A DNA stretch of 64,000 nt from a bacterium (GTDB lineage Bacteria; UBA8248), in assembly GCA_965207065.1 (NCBI GenBank), contig OZ242260.1:2464001-2528000 (forward strand). Reading direction: 5' to 3'. The translations under genes and the position numbers were made by a program. How positions within the stretch are numbered: position 1 is the first letter of the stretch; every line of letters begins with the position of its first letter. This document shows positions 29,576 through 41,200 of this stretch, piece by piece. The notes under the pieces are model-generated. The model searched no databases. It had not been told where the DNA came from and saw only the letters and a program-made list of their open reading frames with translations.

Positions 29576-30514
29576 ATGGCTGTGAAAATTGCGTTTTTGT
29601 TTCCAGGACAAGGTTCGCAGTATGTCGGCATGGGCAAAGAGTTTTATGATGAGTATCCATTTGCCCGGGAAGCCTACGAGCGGTCGAGTGATATTCTGGA
29701 ATGGGACCTCGCCAGACTCAGCTTTGAGGGTCCCAAGTCGGAATTGACGCTTACCTGTCACACCCAGCCCGCAATTCTCGTTCATAGTCATATTGCATGC
29801 GCCCTGTTGCGTGAGTGCGGATTCAGTCCTTCTCTCGCCTTGGGGCATAGCCTGGGGGAATACTCCGCTCTCATGGCGGCCGGGGCCTTCGATTTTCAGG
29901 CGGGCGTTGAATTGGTGAAGAAAAGAGGCCGCTTCATGCACGAGGCCGTTCCTGAGCGGGGCGGCGCCATGGCGGCCTTGCTCGGCATAGAGAGAGAAGC
30001 GGCTGAGGCCATATGCGGGGAAGTGGAAGGCGTGGTGGAGGTTGCAAATTATAATGCCCCCGGCCAATATGTCTTGTCGGGAGATAAGGATGGAGTGGAA
30101 TCCGCCGCTCGTTTGGCGACAGAAAAAGGAGCCAGAAAGGCTGTCATGCTTCCGGTGGGAGCGCCCTTCCATTGTTCCTTGCTAAGTGAAGCTGCGGAGC
30201 GGATGAGTGAGATCCTCGATGGAACGGAGATAGACGATCCTTTAATCCCCGTCTACGCGAACGTGACCGCTCAACCCGTTCAGGAGGGAAGACTAGTAAG
30301 AGAGTTGCTCAAGCGGCAGATTCGCTCCGCTGTGCGCTGGGAAGACGCTGTGCGCGCGGCTGGTGAGGAAAAACCCGATGTGATGGTTGAGTTAGGTCCC
30401 GGGAAGGTGCTCTCTGGTTTGAACAGGCGGATATTGAAGGAAATACCGGTACATAATGTGGAAGATATGCAGAGTCTGGAGAAAACTGTTTCGGCCTTGG
30501 GAGAGTTCAACTGA
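29576..30514 (+). CDS. fabD: Malonyl-CoA:ACP transacylase
   Basis: FPGQGSQ, GHSLGEY, APFH. Confidence 0.95.
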   Translation: MAVKIAFLFPGQGSQYVGMGKEFYDEYPFAREAYERSSDILEWDLARLSFEGPKSELTLTCHTQPAILVHSHIACALLRECGFSPSLALGHSLGEYSALMAAGAFDFQAGVELVKKRGRFMHEAVPERGGAMAALLGIEREAAEAICGEVEGVVEVANYNAPGQYVLSGDKDGVESAARLATEKGARKAVMLPVGAPFHCSLLSEAAERMSEILDGTEIDDPLIPVYANVTAQPVQEGRLVRELLKRQIRSAVRWEDAVRAAGEEKPDVMVELGPGKVLSGLNRRILKEIPVHNVEDMQSLEKTVSALGEFN

Positions 30515-30685
30515 ATCTCATCCCCGTGTATGATGGCTGATGAGGACATTGACAGGAAAATAAAAAAGCAGGTTATAGAATTCGGATGAAAGCCCCGCAG
30601 ATGTGTAAATGTGTATGGGGTCAGAATTCTTGTCGAAAGGACGACCCAATACCGGTTATATAAAAAGATTTTCGGAGGAATTGGC

Positions 30686-30928
30686 GTGACAGATGATATC
30701 AAAGCACAAATAAAAGAAATCATTGTTGAACAGTTGAGCGTGGAGCCTGAAAAGGTGGTGCCGGAAGCTTCATTTACCGATGATCTGGGGGCGGACTCGC
30801 TGGATACCGTAGAGCTCGTCATGGCGTTTGAGGAGAAATTCGGCATCGAAATACCTGATGAAGAAGCGGAAAAAATTTCCAAGGTTCAGGATGCGTATGA
30901 CTATATCGGCAAGGTGCCTGGAGATTAG
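30686..30928 (+). CDS. acpP: Acyl carrier protein
   Basis: GGAGG RBS, GTG start; [18 protein letters not shown]. Confidence 0.95.
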   Translation: MTDDIKAQIKEIIVEQLSVEPEKVVPEASFTDDLGADSLDTVELVMAFEEKFGIEIPDEEAEKISKVQDAYDYIGKVPGD

Positions 30929-30964
30929 AGAAACCTCGTTGGTATGCAAATCTGAAGAGGAAGC

Positions 30965-32236
30965 ATGAATAATCAAGGTTTGGTGAAGTCGGATGTTCGA
31001 GTGGTCGTCACCGGGATCGGAATGCTTACGCCGCTGGGCTTGTCGGTGGAGGAAAACTGGGAAGCCTTGATGCAGGGCCGCTCGGGCATCGGCAAAGTAT
31101 CCCGATTTTCCCCGGACCGCCTGTCGTCCCGCATCTGCGGCGAAATAAAAGGTTTCGAGCCCGAGAATTATGTTTCCCGAAAAGAACTCAAGAAGATGGA
31201 TACTTTCATCCAGTACGTTCTTGCGGCCTCTCAAATGGCCTTCGATGATGCTGAACTGGAAGTTCCAGACACGGAAATTGCGCCGCGATACGGCACCATC
31301 ATCGGAGTGGGTTTGGGCGGTTTGCCCGCCATCGAGGCCAACAAGGAATTAATACAAGTCAAAGAGCCGACGCGCATCAGTCCTTTCTTCATCCCCATGT
31401 TGCTGGGCAACTTGGCCGCCGGCCAGGTTTCGATGCGCTGGGGATTAAAAGGGCCGAACATCTGCACCACCACGGCGTGCGCATCCGGGAATCACGCTAT
31501 CGGGGACGCGATGAAGTGCATTCAGCGTGGCCTGGTGGATGTCATGGTGGCCGGCGGCAGTGAGTCTTGCATCACGGAGTTGGCTATGGCGGGATTTTGC
31601 GCGATGCGAGCGCTCAGCACGCGAAACGATGACCCCGAGAGGGCGAGTCGTCCCTTTGATACGGACAGGGATGGATTCGTCATGGCGGAGGGGGCCGGCG
31701 TCATGATCCTGGAACGCTATGAACATGCCGTGGCGCGGGGCGCGAAAATTTACGCCGAACTCAGTGGTTACGGACTCACTTCCGACGCCCATCACATCAC
31801 CTCACCGGACCCTGGCGGTGACGGGGCAGCCCGCTGCATGGACATGGCGCTGGATGATGCGGGACTAGGGCCTGAGGAGGTGGATTACATCAACGCGCAT
31901 GGTACATCCACCGGTGCGGGAGACAGACTCGAAACGACAGCCATCAAAAGAACATTTGGCGAGCATGCCTACAAACTGAGTGTCAGTTCCACGAAATCTA
32001 TGACCGGGCATCTTCTGGGCGCGGCGGGAGGTGTGGAATCGATTTTCACTATCTTGGCGCTCAATAACCAGTGTATTCCTCCCACAATTAACCTGGACGC
32101 TCCAGATCCGGAGTGCGATCTCGACTATGTGCCCAACTCTGCCCGGAAAGCGGACATCAGCTGTGCCATCACAAACTCGTTCGGCTTCGGGGGAACCAAC
32201 GCGTCGCTCTTATTCAAGAAAAGCCACGCAGCTTAG
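30965..32236 (+). CDS. fabF: 3-oxoacyl-ACP synthase II
   Basis: TTACASG, NAHGTST, GHLLGAAG, NSFGFGGTN. Confidence 0.95.
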   Translation: MNNQGLVKSDVRVVVTGIGMLTPLGLSVEENWEALMQGRSGIGKVSRFSPDRLSSRICGEIKGFEPENYVSRKELKKMDTFIQYVLAASQMAFDDAELEVPDTEIAPRYGTIIGVGLGGLPAIEANKELIQVKEPTRISPFFIPMLLGNLAAGQVSMRWGLKGPNICTTTACASGNHAIGDAMKCIQRGLVDVMVAGGSESCITELAMAGFCAMRALSTRNDDPERASRPFDTDRDGFVMAEGAGVMILERYEHAVARGAKIYAELSGYGLTSDAHHITSPDPGGDGAARCMDMALDDAGLGPEEVDYINAHGTSTGAGDRLETTAIKRTFGEHAYKLSVSSTKSMTGHLLGAAGGVESIFTILALNNQCIPPTINLDAPDPECDLDYVPNSARKADISCAITNSFGFGGTNASLLFKKSHAA

Positions 32237-32300
32237 GAAAAGAGGTTTCCCCAGCCACAGCAACGGGAAAGTCTCCGGTTTCGGTGCAAGAGGTGTTACC

Positions 32301-32978
32301 TTGGCCGAAGTCGAGGCCCAGATTGGTTATTCGTTTTCGGACAAGGAACTCCTCGTCCGAGCCCTGACGCACCGCTCTTTTTCTCAAGAAAGTTCAACAC
32401 CCACGCTTGATAATGAGCGACTGGAATTTTTGGGCGATGCCGTCTTGCAACTTATCGTGACAGAAAAGCTCTGGAAGGATTTTCCGACGGATGATGAAGG
32501 TGTTTTGACCCATATGCGTTCGGAACGGGTGAATGGCCGTTCTTTGGCGGGAATTTTCAGGTGCCGGGGGATGGGCAATTTCCTTCGTTTGGGTAAAGGC
32601 GAGGAGAAAACGGGCGGTCGACAAAAGCCCTCCATCCAGGCGGGCGCTGTCGAAGCACTGGTCGGCGCCATATATCTCGATGCCGGGTACACCTGTTGCG
32701 TGCAGTGGGCGGAATCATGGTTCTGGTCTGCGGGTTTGGATGAAAAAAAAGTCCTATCCCAGGATTTCAAGAGCCAACTTCAGCGGTTGGCTCAAAAAAA
32801 TGGAAATAAGCCCCCCGGTTATCGCCTTGTTCGAGAGAGTGGTCCCGAGCATGAGAAAGAATTTGAAGTCGAAGTTCGCCTTGGTCGCAAGGTGCTGGGG
32901 CGAGGGCAAGGAACGACCAAAAAGGCGGCCGAGCAAGTAGCTGCGAAAGAAGCAGTTCATAAGATGGAGAAAGCCTAG
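32301..32978 (+). CDS. rnc: Ribonuclease III
   Basis: ALTHRS, NERLEFLGDAVL, C-terminal dsRBD; TTG start after GAGG. Confidence 0.93.
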   Translation: MAEVEAQIGYSFSDKELLVRALTHRSFSQESSTPTLDNERLEFLGDAVLQLIVTEKLWKDFPTDDEGVLTHMRSERVNGRSLAGIFRCRGMGNFLRLGKGEEKTGGRQKPSIQAGAVEALVGAIYLDAGYTCCVQWAESWFWSAGLDEKKVLSQDFKSQLQRLAQKNGNKPPGYRLVRESGPEHEKEFEVEVRLGRKVLGRGQGTTKKAAEQVAAKEAVHKMEKA

Positions 32979-33117
32979 CGACCGTGAATTCCCAGAATGC
33001 GATATTTTTACTTTACGAATGTCGGGGAATTCTGGTAAGTTATTGATTCCTACCGCCCTGGTAGTGTCTTACACCGCCCCCTGAAAATGAAGTTCATCCG
33101 CCCGCCGAGGTGTTGAA

Positions 33118-36100
33118 TTGCGATTCCAACGCTTGGAGATGCAGGGGTTCAAGTCCTTCGTCGAAAAGACCGTAATCGAAATTGGCGAGGGCCTTACGGC
33201 TGTGGTCGGGCCCAACGGATGCGGCAAAAGCAATGTGTGTGATGCCGTTCGTTGGGTTCTGGGTGAACAGGCTCCTAAAAACATGCGCTCGAAGAAGATG
33301 GAGGATGTCATCTTCAACGGCAGCGCCGAGCGCAAGCAACTCGGCATGTCCGAAGTCTCGCTTACCGTCACCGACCTCAAAGGCGTGGTGACCTCTCCAA
33401 CATTCAAAGATTTTGACGAGGTGGTGGTCACACGCCGCTTGTATCGCTCAGGAGAAAGTGAATACCTCATCAATCGCAATCCCTGTCGCCTCAAAGACAT
33501 CGTCGATTTGTTTCTCGATACCGGTGTTTCTCTCGATACTTTCTCCATCGTAGAGCAGGGCAAGATAGAAACTCTCGTGAACGCGAGGCCCATGGACAGG
33601 CGAGTTCTGATCGAGGAAGCCGCCGGTATCATGAAATACAAGAGCAGGCGAAACGAAGCGTTGCGCAAACTGGAGCTTGCGCAGGCGAATCTGCTTCGTG
33701 TGGCCGACATCATGCGCGAGAAGGAATCCCGTCTCCGCTCTTTGCGCCGCCAGGCGAGAAAAGCGACTTTTCATAAGGAATATCAAACCGAAGTTGCGGA
33801 TTTGTCCCAAAGAATCATGGTTCTCGACTACCTCAAGCATGTGGAAAAACTTGTTCCGGCGGAAAAAGCGTATGCTCGCATCAAAGAAGAAGAGCAGGCG
33901 GTGTTGGCGAAATTGTCTTCTTTGGAAGCCGATAGGGAGCGCGGGCGAATTTTGCTGAGGGAGCGTACAGAGGCTTTGGTGGAATCCCGCCAACGTGCGA
34001 CGAAATTGGAAGGGAGCCTTGAGCGCCTGGAGACTCGAGTCGAGATGCTAAAGAGCCATCTGTCGGAACTCGACATGGATGATGAGCGCCGTGCGGAGGA
34101 AATCCAGACTCTCGACGTTGAAATCACAACCTTTGAAAATGAAAGAGTCGAGCTTGTCTCAACCCTCGATATGCTTACGGAGCAATCGTGCGTTGCGCGT
34201 CAGGAATATGACGTCAGTGCGGCGGAGTTGGCCGCCGTTCGCGAGAACCTGAAAGAATTCGAACGGGTGCTTGATGAGGCCAGACGCTCTCAAGAGGGAG
34301 AAAGAGAGCGCTTGAGTGCGGCTCGTCAGCAAGTCGCCTCGGTTGAGTCGAGGCGTGAAGGACTGGCTGAATCCATGGAAAAAACCGGCAACGAGATTCA
34401 GGAGGTCAAGCGCCAACTCGAATCGGCCCAAACCGACGTAGATGGTGCGAAAAGCCGGTTGGAATCGCTGGTTGCGGCTGAAGGCCAGGCGAAACTGGAA
34501 CTTGAGCAGGCGATATCCGAGTGTGCGCGGACTTCCGAGTTTTCGACCCGCCATGAAGAATCCGTGGCGGGAACGAAAGAATCGTTGATGGAAGCGAAAT
34601 CCGGCCTCTCCGCCTTAGAGGGTGTCTTGGGTTCCGAGGGGAGTGAATTCTCGGATTCGGAAGCGTTCAGATCCTGTGGCGCTCAAGTTCTGGCGTCTTT
34701 TTCCGAAGTCATTCGTGTAGACCCTGAATTTGAAAAAGCCATCGAAACGGCCCTTGGGGACAAGTTGCTGGGCGTGGTCGTGAATACACCTGGCGACGCG
34801 GTAGATGCGGTTCGTGCGCTGATGAGTTCGGAAGCCGGGCGAGGCGTAGCCATGCCAATTGAAGTCGGTGCTCAGCCAGGCGCCGTTGTCCCGTTGGGAG
34901 AGGGTGTTCTCGGTGCGGCGACGGATTTTGTTCGTTGTGACATGAGTTATCGTCACCTTGCCCAGTCGCTGCTCGGGAATGTTGTTGTGGTGGAAGATAT
35001 CGATGCGGCGCAGGCGGCATGGTGCAACGGTCCTCAAGGCATCGTTTGCGTGACTTTAAATGGAGAAATTATTCATGCGAATGGTGTGGTGGAAGGCGGT
35101 TTGACACGGAACGAGGGCGTTTTAGAGCGTTCGAGAAGGTGTGAGGAATTTCGATTGAAGGTTGAACGTTTTGAGGAGCAACTTCGTGAGCTGGAGCCGA
35201 TTTCTCAAAAATTGAGCGGACAACTCACGAAAGCGGAGCAAAGAAGCCGCCGTGCGACCGAGGCGTATCAACGGGCTGAGGTGATGCGCGTGGAGGCGGA
35301 GGGAGCTCTCCGGGCAGGGGAAGGCAGGCACGAGGAATTCAAGACACGGCTGTCCACACTCGAAGCTGCGCAAAAGCAAATCCGCGGGGAGCAGATGCGT
35401 CTCAAGGAGGATCTCCAGACGGTCAAAGACGAGAGCCTTTGTCTGGAAGAAACGATTCAGGAATTCACCTTGCGTATCCACGAAATCGAGAAAAAGGTGA
35501 GCGGCGCCAGCCTGCGGTACCTGGAGGTTGAAGCGCGTGTGACCGACAAGAAAGTCGCCTTGACGGAAATCAACGGACAGGTGGCTGGCGGCCAGGCCGA
35601 AGTCCAGCGGATAGAAGATGGGATATCTCAGAATGCGGCTCGCAAGATTCGCAGAGAAGGAGAACAGCGCGAATCGAGAGAAAAAAGAGAGCGTCTGAAA
35701 GAAAACCTCGCGCAGAGCGAAGAGGGAATACTCGCTCTTCAGGATGAAAAAGCCGATGTAACAGCCGAGTTGGCGGATCGTGATCGCGTTTTACAGGAAA
35801 TGCAATCGCACGATGAGGATCTGGGCGATTCGATTCGCGATGTGAAAACGAGAGCCTCTGTTCTGACCGATGAAGTGGGAGCGGCGGCGGAGCTGCGGAC
35901 GACGCTTCGCGTGCAACGAGAATCTATGGTGAATTCCGCCGAAGCGGAATATCAGGTCAATCTCGAGGAGACAGCGGAGAGCCTGCGGGAAGAACTTCCC
36001 CAGTACCAGGAGATTTTGAACCGCCTGGAGATGCTGACCCAAAGGCTTTCCCGGATGGGAGAGGTGAATCCTCTGGCCGCGCAGGAATACGATGAAATCA

Positions 36101-36702
36101 ACCAGGAATATGTGTTCCTGCAGGAACAGCAGCAGGATCTGGAAAACTCCATCGCCGATCTCCACGCTACGATCGAGAAGTTGAACAAGACGACAAAGTC
36201 CCGTTTCCTGGCGGCGTACGAGGAGGTGGGTAAGGCCTTTTCGGACATTTTCGGACGTCTTTTCCAGGGAGGGGAAGCACGCATGTTCCTGCTTGATCCG
36301 GATGACCCCCTGGAGACGGGCGTCGACATTGAGGTGAGACCGCCGGGCAAGCGTCCTTCGAACATTATGCTCCTCTCCGCCGGGGAGAAAGCGCTCACCG
36401 CGATTTCCCTGTTATTCGCGGTCTTCAGCGTTCGGCCGAGTCCGTTTTGTATCCTCGACGAGGTGGACGCCACCCTCGATGACGTCAACGTCGGGCGTTT
36501 TCGCGAAGTGCTGGCCGAACTCGAGGATAGAAGCCAGTTCATCATCATCACCCATAATAAAAAGACGATGGCGTACGCAAATCAGCTCTACGGCGTTACG
36601 CAAAGGGAAAAAGGTGTTTCAGAAATCGTCTCGGTAAAGCTGAACCGCGAGGACGAGAGGGTCAATGGCGTGGGAGAAGCGGTGCTGGAATCGAGTGTGT
36701 AG
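33118..36702 (+). CDS. smc: Chromosome segregation protein SMC
   Basis: GFKSF, GPNGCGKSN, coiled coils and hinge, LSAGEKAL, LDEVDA. Confidence 0.95.
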   Translation: MRFQRLEMQGFKSFVEKTVIEIGEGLTAVVGPNGCGKSNVCDAVRWVLGEQAPKNMRSKKMEDVIFNGSAERKQLGMSEVSLTVTDLKGVVTSPTFKDFDEVVVTRRLYRSGESEYLINRNPCRLKDIVDLFLDTGVSLDTFSIVEQGKIETLVNARPMDRRVLIEEAAGIMKYKSRRNEALRKLELAQANLLRVADIMREKESRLRSLRRQARKATFHKEYQTEVADLSQRIMVLDYLKHVEKLVPAEKAYARIKEEEQAVLAKLSSLEADRERGRILLRERTEALVESRQRATKLEGSLERLETRVEMLKSHLSELDMDDERRAEEIQTLDVEITTFENERVELVSTLDMLTEQSCVARQEYDVSAAELAAVRENLKEFERVLDEARRSQEGERERLSAARQQVASVESRREGLAESMEKTGNEIQEVKRQLESAQTDVDGAKSRLESLVAAEGQAKLELEQAISECARTSEFSTRHEESVAGTKESLMEAKSGLSALEGVLGSEGSEFSDSEAFRSCGAQVLASFSEVIRVDPEFEKAIETALGDKLLGVVVNTPGDAVDAVRALMSSEAGRGVAMPIEVGAQPGAVVPLGEGVLGAATDFVRCDMSYRHLAQSLLGNVVVVEDIDAAQAAWCNGPQGIVCVTLNGEIIHANGVVEGGLTRNEGVLERSRRCEEFRLKVERFEEQLRELEPISQKLSGQLTKAEQRSRRATEAYQRAEVMRVEAEGALRAGEGRHEEFKTRLSTLEAAQKQIRGEQMRLKEDLQTVKDESLCLEETIQEFTLRIHEIEKKVSGASLRYLEVEARVTDKKVALTEINGQVAGGQAEVQRIEDGISQNAARKIRREGEQRESREKRERLKENLAQSEEGILALQDEKADVTAELADRDRVLQEMQSHDEDLGDSIRDVKTRASVLTDEVGAAAELRTTLRVQRESMVNSAEAEYQVNLEETAESLREELPQYQEILNRLEMLTQRLSRMGEVNPLAAQEYDEINQEYVFLQEQQQDLENSIADLHATIEKLNKTTKSRFLAAYEEVGKAFSDIFGRLFQGGEARMFLLDPDDPLETGVDIEVRPPGKRPSNIMLLSAGEKALTAISLLFAVFSVRPSPFCILDEVDATLDDVNVGRFREVLAELEDRSQFIIITHNKKTMAYANQLYGVTQREKGVSEIVSVKLNREDERVNGVGEAVLESSV

Positions 36703-36800
36703 CATCGTTCGCATATTCACGACAGGTTTTGTTGAAGATAACCCCGGCGCTCTGTCGCCGGGGTTGGTTTTGTCTGGCGGAGATTGGGGAAATACCATTG

Positions 36801-37757
36801 ATGTCTGGTTCTGGAAGGCAGATGAATTCAGATAGGGGTAATGGCGCAAGAGGCTGGTTTGGCAGATTGCGCGATGGCCTCTCGAAGACGAGGGGTGGTT
36901 TTCTCGCTCAGGTGAAGGGTTTGGTCGCGGGACGCATCGATGAGAATACGCTCGAGGAGCTGGAAGAAGTTCTCTACATGGCGGATATGGGTCCCGCTCT
37001 CGTCGAGTCGCTGCTGGGGAAATTGAAGGCGGGCGAAGGCGCGGGGTCGGATGCGCAGACGCGCGTTAAGGAAATCATGCGGTATTGCCTTGAAAACCCT
37101 GAATCTCCGCCTGCGTTTACACCGAAGAATCCTGCTGCGGAGGAGCCCAGAATCATTTTTCTGGTGGGTGTCAACGGCGTGGGCAAGACGACGACGGCCG
37201 GCAAGCTCGCATCGCGGTTTTCTGCCGAAAATCTTAAGATTATGCTCGCGGCGGGGGATACGTTCCGGGCCGCAGCCGGTGAGCAGTTGACGGTATGGGC
37301 CGAGCGGAGCGGATGCGAAATCGTCCGCCACAGGGAAGGAGCGGATTCCTCCGCCGTGGTATACGACGCCGTACAGGCGGCGAAGGCGCGCGGCGTCGAT
37401 GTATTGCTCGTGGATACGGCGGGACGCTTGCACACGAAGCACAACCTCATGGAGGAATTAAAGAAGCTCAGGCGCGTAACGCAGCGCCTCGTCGATACGG
37501 CCCCCCATGAGGTGCTGCTCGTATTGGACGCGACGTCCGGGCAGAACGTCCTCTCCCAGGTGCGTGAATTCGGCCCGGCGCTCGGCGTAACGGGCCTCGT
37601 GCTCACCAAGCTGGACGCAACGGCCAAGGGCGGCGTGGCGTTGGGCGCGACTTATGAAAGCGGCATACCGATAAGATATGTGGGCGTGGGCGAATCGGTG
37701 GAAGACCTGCTTGATTTCGACCCGGATGCTTTTATCGAGGCGATTTTCGGCGAGTAG
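36801..37757 (+). CDS. ftsY: SRP receptor FtsY (start uncertain)
   Basis: GVNGVGKTTT, DTFRAAA, DTAGR, TKLD. Confidence 0.93.
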   Translation: MSGSGRQMNSDRGNGARGWFGRLRDGLSKTRGGFLAQVKGLVAGRIDENTLEELEEVLYMADMGPALVESLLGKLKAGEGAGSDAQTRVKEIMRYCLENPESPPAFTPKNPAAEEPRIIFLVGVNGVGKTTTAGKLASRFSAENLKIMLAAGDTFRAAAGEQLTVWAERSGCEIVRHREGADSSAVVYDAVQAAKARGVDVLLVDTAGRLHTKHNLMEELKKLRRVTQRLVDTAPHEVLLVLDATSGQNVLSQVREFGPALGVTGLVLTKLDATAKGGVALGATYESGIPIRYVGVGESVEDLLDFDPDAFIEAIFGE

Positions 37758-37787
37758 CGTCGCGCCCGCCCGTCCGGGGCAGCGACT

Positions 37788-38071
37788 CCCCGCATTTCCG
37801 CGCATTTGCCGTTATCTCGAGATGCGCCGGCCATGGCAGTATTCCCCTGCGCCGCATTTCGGCGGCGTCTTTTCCCCCCAATTTAATTTACGGAAATTTA
37901 TCGAATTACCCCGTGAATTTATCGAAATTTTCGGAAATGAAACGCGAGCGATGAGCGAGTGTTTGACCCGACCGATGAGGAAGGGTTTTCGAGTCTCGAA
38001 CGTGGCGATGCGCTCCGCCATCATACACGCGCTCTCCTCTCTTCCCGTCACCGCAAATGCGGGCAAATGCG
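37788..38071. repeat. Second copy (inverted) of the phased repeat element plus the 20-mer CGCAAATGCGGGCAAATGCG
   Basis: Reverse complement reads GATAAATTCACGGGGT..GATAAATT.CCGTAAATTAA as at 15931-15971; 20-mer at 38052-38071. Confidence 0.7.
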
Positions 38072-38244
38072 CCTTCGCCGCGATGTGGGTGATCTCGATA
38101 AATCGTCCTGGCCGGGGGTCCGATTCGGATGATTCTGGAAAAGATGCAATAAAGGCCGGGCGCCGATGCGTTCGGAATCCCTGTAGCTGAAGTTCGCGAG
38201 GCAGGTTTCTCCTCACCTGGTTTTCGACCGTCCTCTCCGGCGCG

Positions 38245-41200
38245 CTAACCATCCCCGACGACGACCAGCAGGTCCTTGGTGTCGACCGTGGTGCCGGCCG
38301 GCGCGACGACCTTCTCGACGACGCCGCCCCGCTCGGCGCGGATCACGGTTTCCATCTTCATCGCCTCGATCGCCACCAGCACGTCGCCCTCATCGACCGC
38401 GTCGCCCTCATGGAAGAACACCTTGGTCACCATGCCCGGCATCGGCGCGCCGACGTGGCCGGGGTCGCCTTCCTCGGCCTTGGGCAGCGCCGTGACTGCG
38501 GCGGCGGCGCTGCGGTCGGCGACCCGCACCGTCCGGGGCTGCCCGTTCAACTCGAAGAAGACCGTGCATTCGCCCTTGCTGTCGGTCTCGCTGCGCGCGA
38601 CGTAGCGGATGAACAGGGTGCGCCCGCGCTCGATGTCGACGGCGATCTCCTCGTCCGGCTCCATGCCGTAGAAATAAACAGGCGTCGGCAGCACGCTCAC
38701 GTCGCTGTATTGGCGCCGCGCCGTCGCGTATTCGGTGAACACCTGCGGGTACATGAGCCAGGAGGCGAACTCGGCGTCGCTGATCGGACGCTGGGCGCCT
38801 TTTTCGGCTTCCTCGCGCCCTGCGTCGAGATCGGCGTCGGGCAGCACCGAGCCGGGCCGCACGGTAATCGGCTCCCTGTCTTTGAGTATCTTCTCCTGCA
38901 GGGCGCGCGGGAAGCCGCCGTGCGGCTGCCCCAGCTCGCCGGCGAACAGCGAGACCACCGATTCGGGAAAGGCGATCTCGCGCTCGGGGTCGGCCACGTC
39001 TTCGGGCGTCAGCCCGCCCGTCACCATCATCAGCGCCATGTCGCCCACCACCTTGGAGGAGGGCGTCACCTTCACGATGTCGCCGAACATGCGGTTGACC
39101 TCGGCGAAGGCCCGCGAGACCTCCGGCCAGCGCTGGTTGTCGATGCCAAGTGCGCGCGCCTGCTCGCGCAGGTTGGTGTACTGCCCGCCCGGAATTCCGT
39201 GGTTGTAGACGTCCGAGGTGCCCGCGCGGAAATCGCTCTCGAAGGCGCGGTAGAGGTTCCGCACCTGCTCCCAGTAGGTGGAGAGCGTCATCACCGTATC
39301 GGGGTCGAATCCGGGGTCGCGCGGAGAATGGCGCAAGGCCGCGGTGATCGAGCCGAAGCTCGGCTGCGAGGTGAGCCCGCTCATCGAATCCATCGCCGCA
39401 TCCACGGCGTCCACCCCGGCCTCCACGGCGGCGAGCACGCTTGCCGCGGATATCCCGCTGGTGTCGTGGGTGTGGTAGTGGATGGGGATGCCGATCTCCT
39501 GCTTCAAGGTCTCGACGAGCAGCTTGGCCGCCGCCGGCTTGCAAAGGCCCGCCATATCCTTGAGCCCCAGGATGTGGGCGCCCGCGGCCTCGAGTTCGCG
39601 GGCGAGCGCGACGTAGTATTTTAGGTCGTACTTGGTGAGGCCCGGGTCGGTGATGTCGCCGGTGTAGCAGATCGCCGCCTCGCAGAGCTTACCGGTCTCC
39701 AGCACCGCGTCCATCGCCGGACGCATGTTCTCGACCCAGTTGAGCGAATCGAAGATGCGGAAAATGTCGATCCCGTTCTCGGCTGATTGCTGAACGAAAT
39801 AGCGCACCACGTTGTCGGGGTAGGTGGTGTAGCCGACGCCGTTCGACGCGCGCAGCAGCATCTGGGTCAGCAGGTTGGGCATCGCGGCGCGCAGCCGTTC
39901 GAGCGTCGCCCAGGGACATTCGCCCAGAAAGCGCATCGCCACGTCGAAGGTCGCCCCGCCCCAGCATTCGACCGAGAAAAGCCGGGGCAGCATCCGCGCA
40001 TAGAACGGCGCGACGGCGACCAGGTCGTAGCTCCGCACCCGCGTCGCCAGCAGCGACTGGTGCGCGTCACGGAACGTGGTGTCAGTCATCAGCACCCGGT
40101 CCTGCTCGAGCATCCACTGCGCGAAACGCTCGGGGCCGAGTTCGTCGAGCAACTGGCGCGTGCCGTCCTGGATTTCGGCACCGGGAGCCTCGGGCGCGCT
40201 CGGCGTCTGGTGCGTCGGCGGCTTGGCCCGGCCCTCGACGGCGCCGTTGCCGTTGACGATCACTTCTCCCAGATAGCGCAGCAGCCGGGTCGCGCGGTCC
40301 CGCCTGTATTCGAAGCGGAACAGCTCCGGCGTCTCATCCACGAAGCGCGTCGTACAGGCGCCCTCGATGAACTGCGGATGGCTGATGACGTTGTCGAGAA
40401 AGGCGAGGTTGGTGGCGACGCCCCGGATGCGGAATTCGACGATCGCCCGCTTCATCCGCCGCATCGCCTCTTCGAACGTCGGCGCCCAGGCCGTCACCTT
40501 CTCCAGCAGCGAGTCGTAGAACGGCGTGATCCGCGCGCCGGAATAGGCGGTGCCGCCGTCAAGGCGTATCCCGAACCCGGTGGCGCCGCGATAGTTGGTG
40601 AGCACGCCGTAATCCGGAATAAAGTTGTTTTCCGGGTCCTCGGTGGTCACCCGGCATTGCATGGCGTGGCCGTTCACCCGAATGTCGTCCTGACCGGGGA
40701 TTCCGCTCTCGGGCGCGCCGATGGCGGCCCCGTCTGCGATGCGGATCTGCGCCTTCACCAGGTCGACGCCAGTCACCACCTCGGTGACCGTGTGCTCGAC
40801 CTGGATGCGCGGATTGACCTCGATGAAGTGGAACGCGCCTGTGTCGTCGTCGACCAGAAACTCGACGGTGCCGGCGTTGTTGTAGCCCACCGCGCGGCCT
40901 ATCTTGAGCGCGCTCTCGTGGATCGCCGCGCGGGTCTCCCCGTCGAGATAATGCGCGGGCGCCTGCTCGACGATTTTCTGGTTGCGCCGCTGCACCGAGC
41001 AGTCCCGCTCGTGGAGGTGCACCAGGTTGCCGTGGTTGTCCCCCAATATCTGGACCTCGACGTGTCGCGCGCGAAGAATCAGCTTTTCGAGATAGACCTC
41101 GTCGTTCCCGAACGCCGCCAGGCACTCGCGCCGCGCCGCCTCGACCGCATCGGCGAGTTCGGCTTCGGTCTCGATCGTGCGCATGCCGCGCCCGCCGCCG

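Noticed and set aside
37758-38244. Structural RNA (SRP/6S/tmRNA) in the gap after ftsY
   Set aside because: No SRP or other recognisable conserved motif; the gap is explained by the phased repeats
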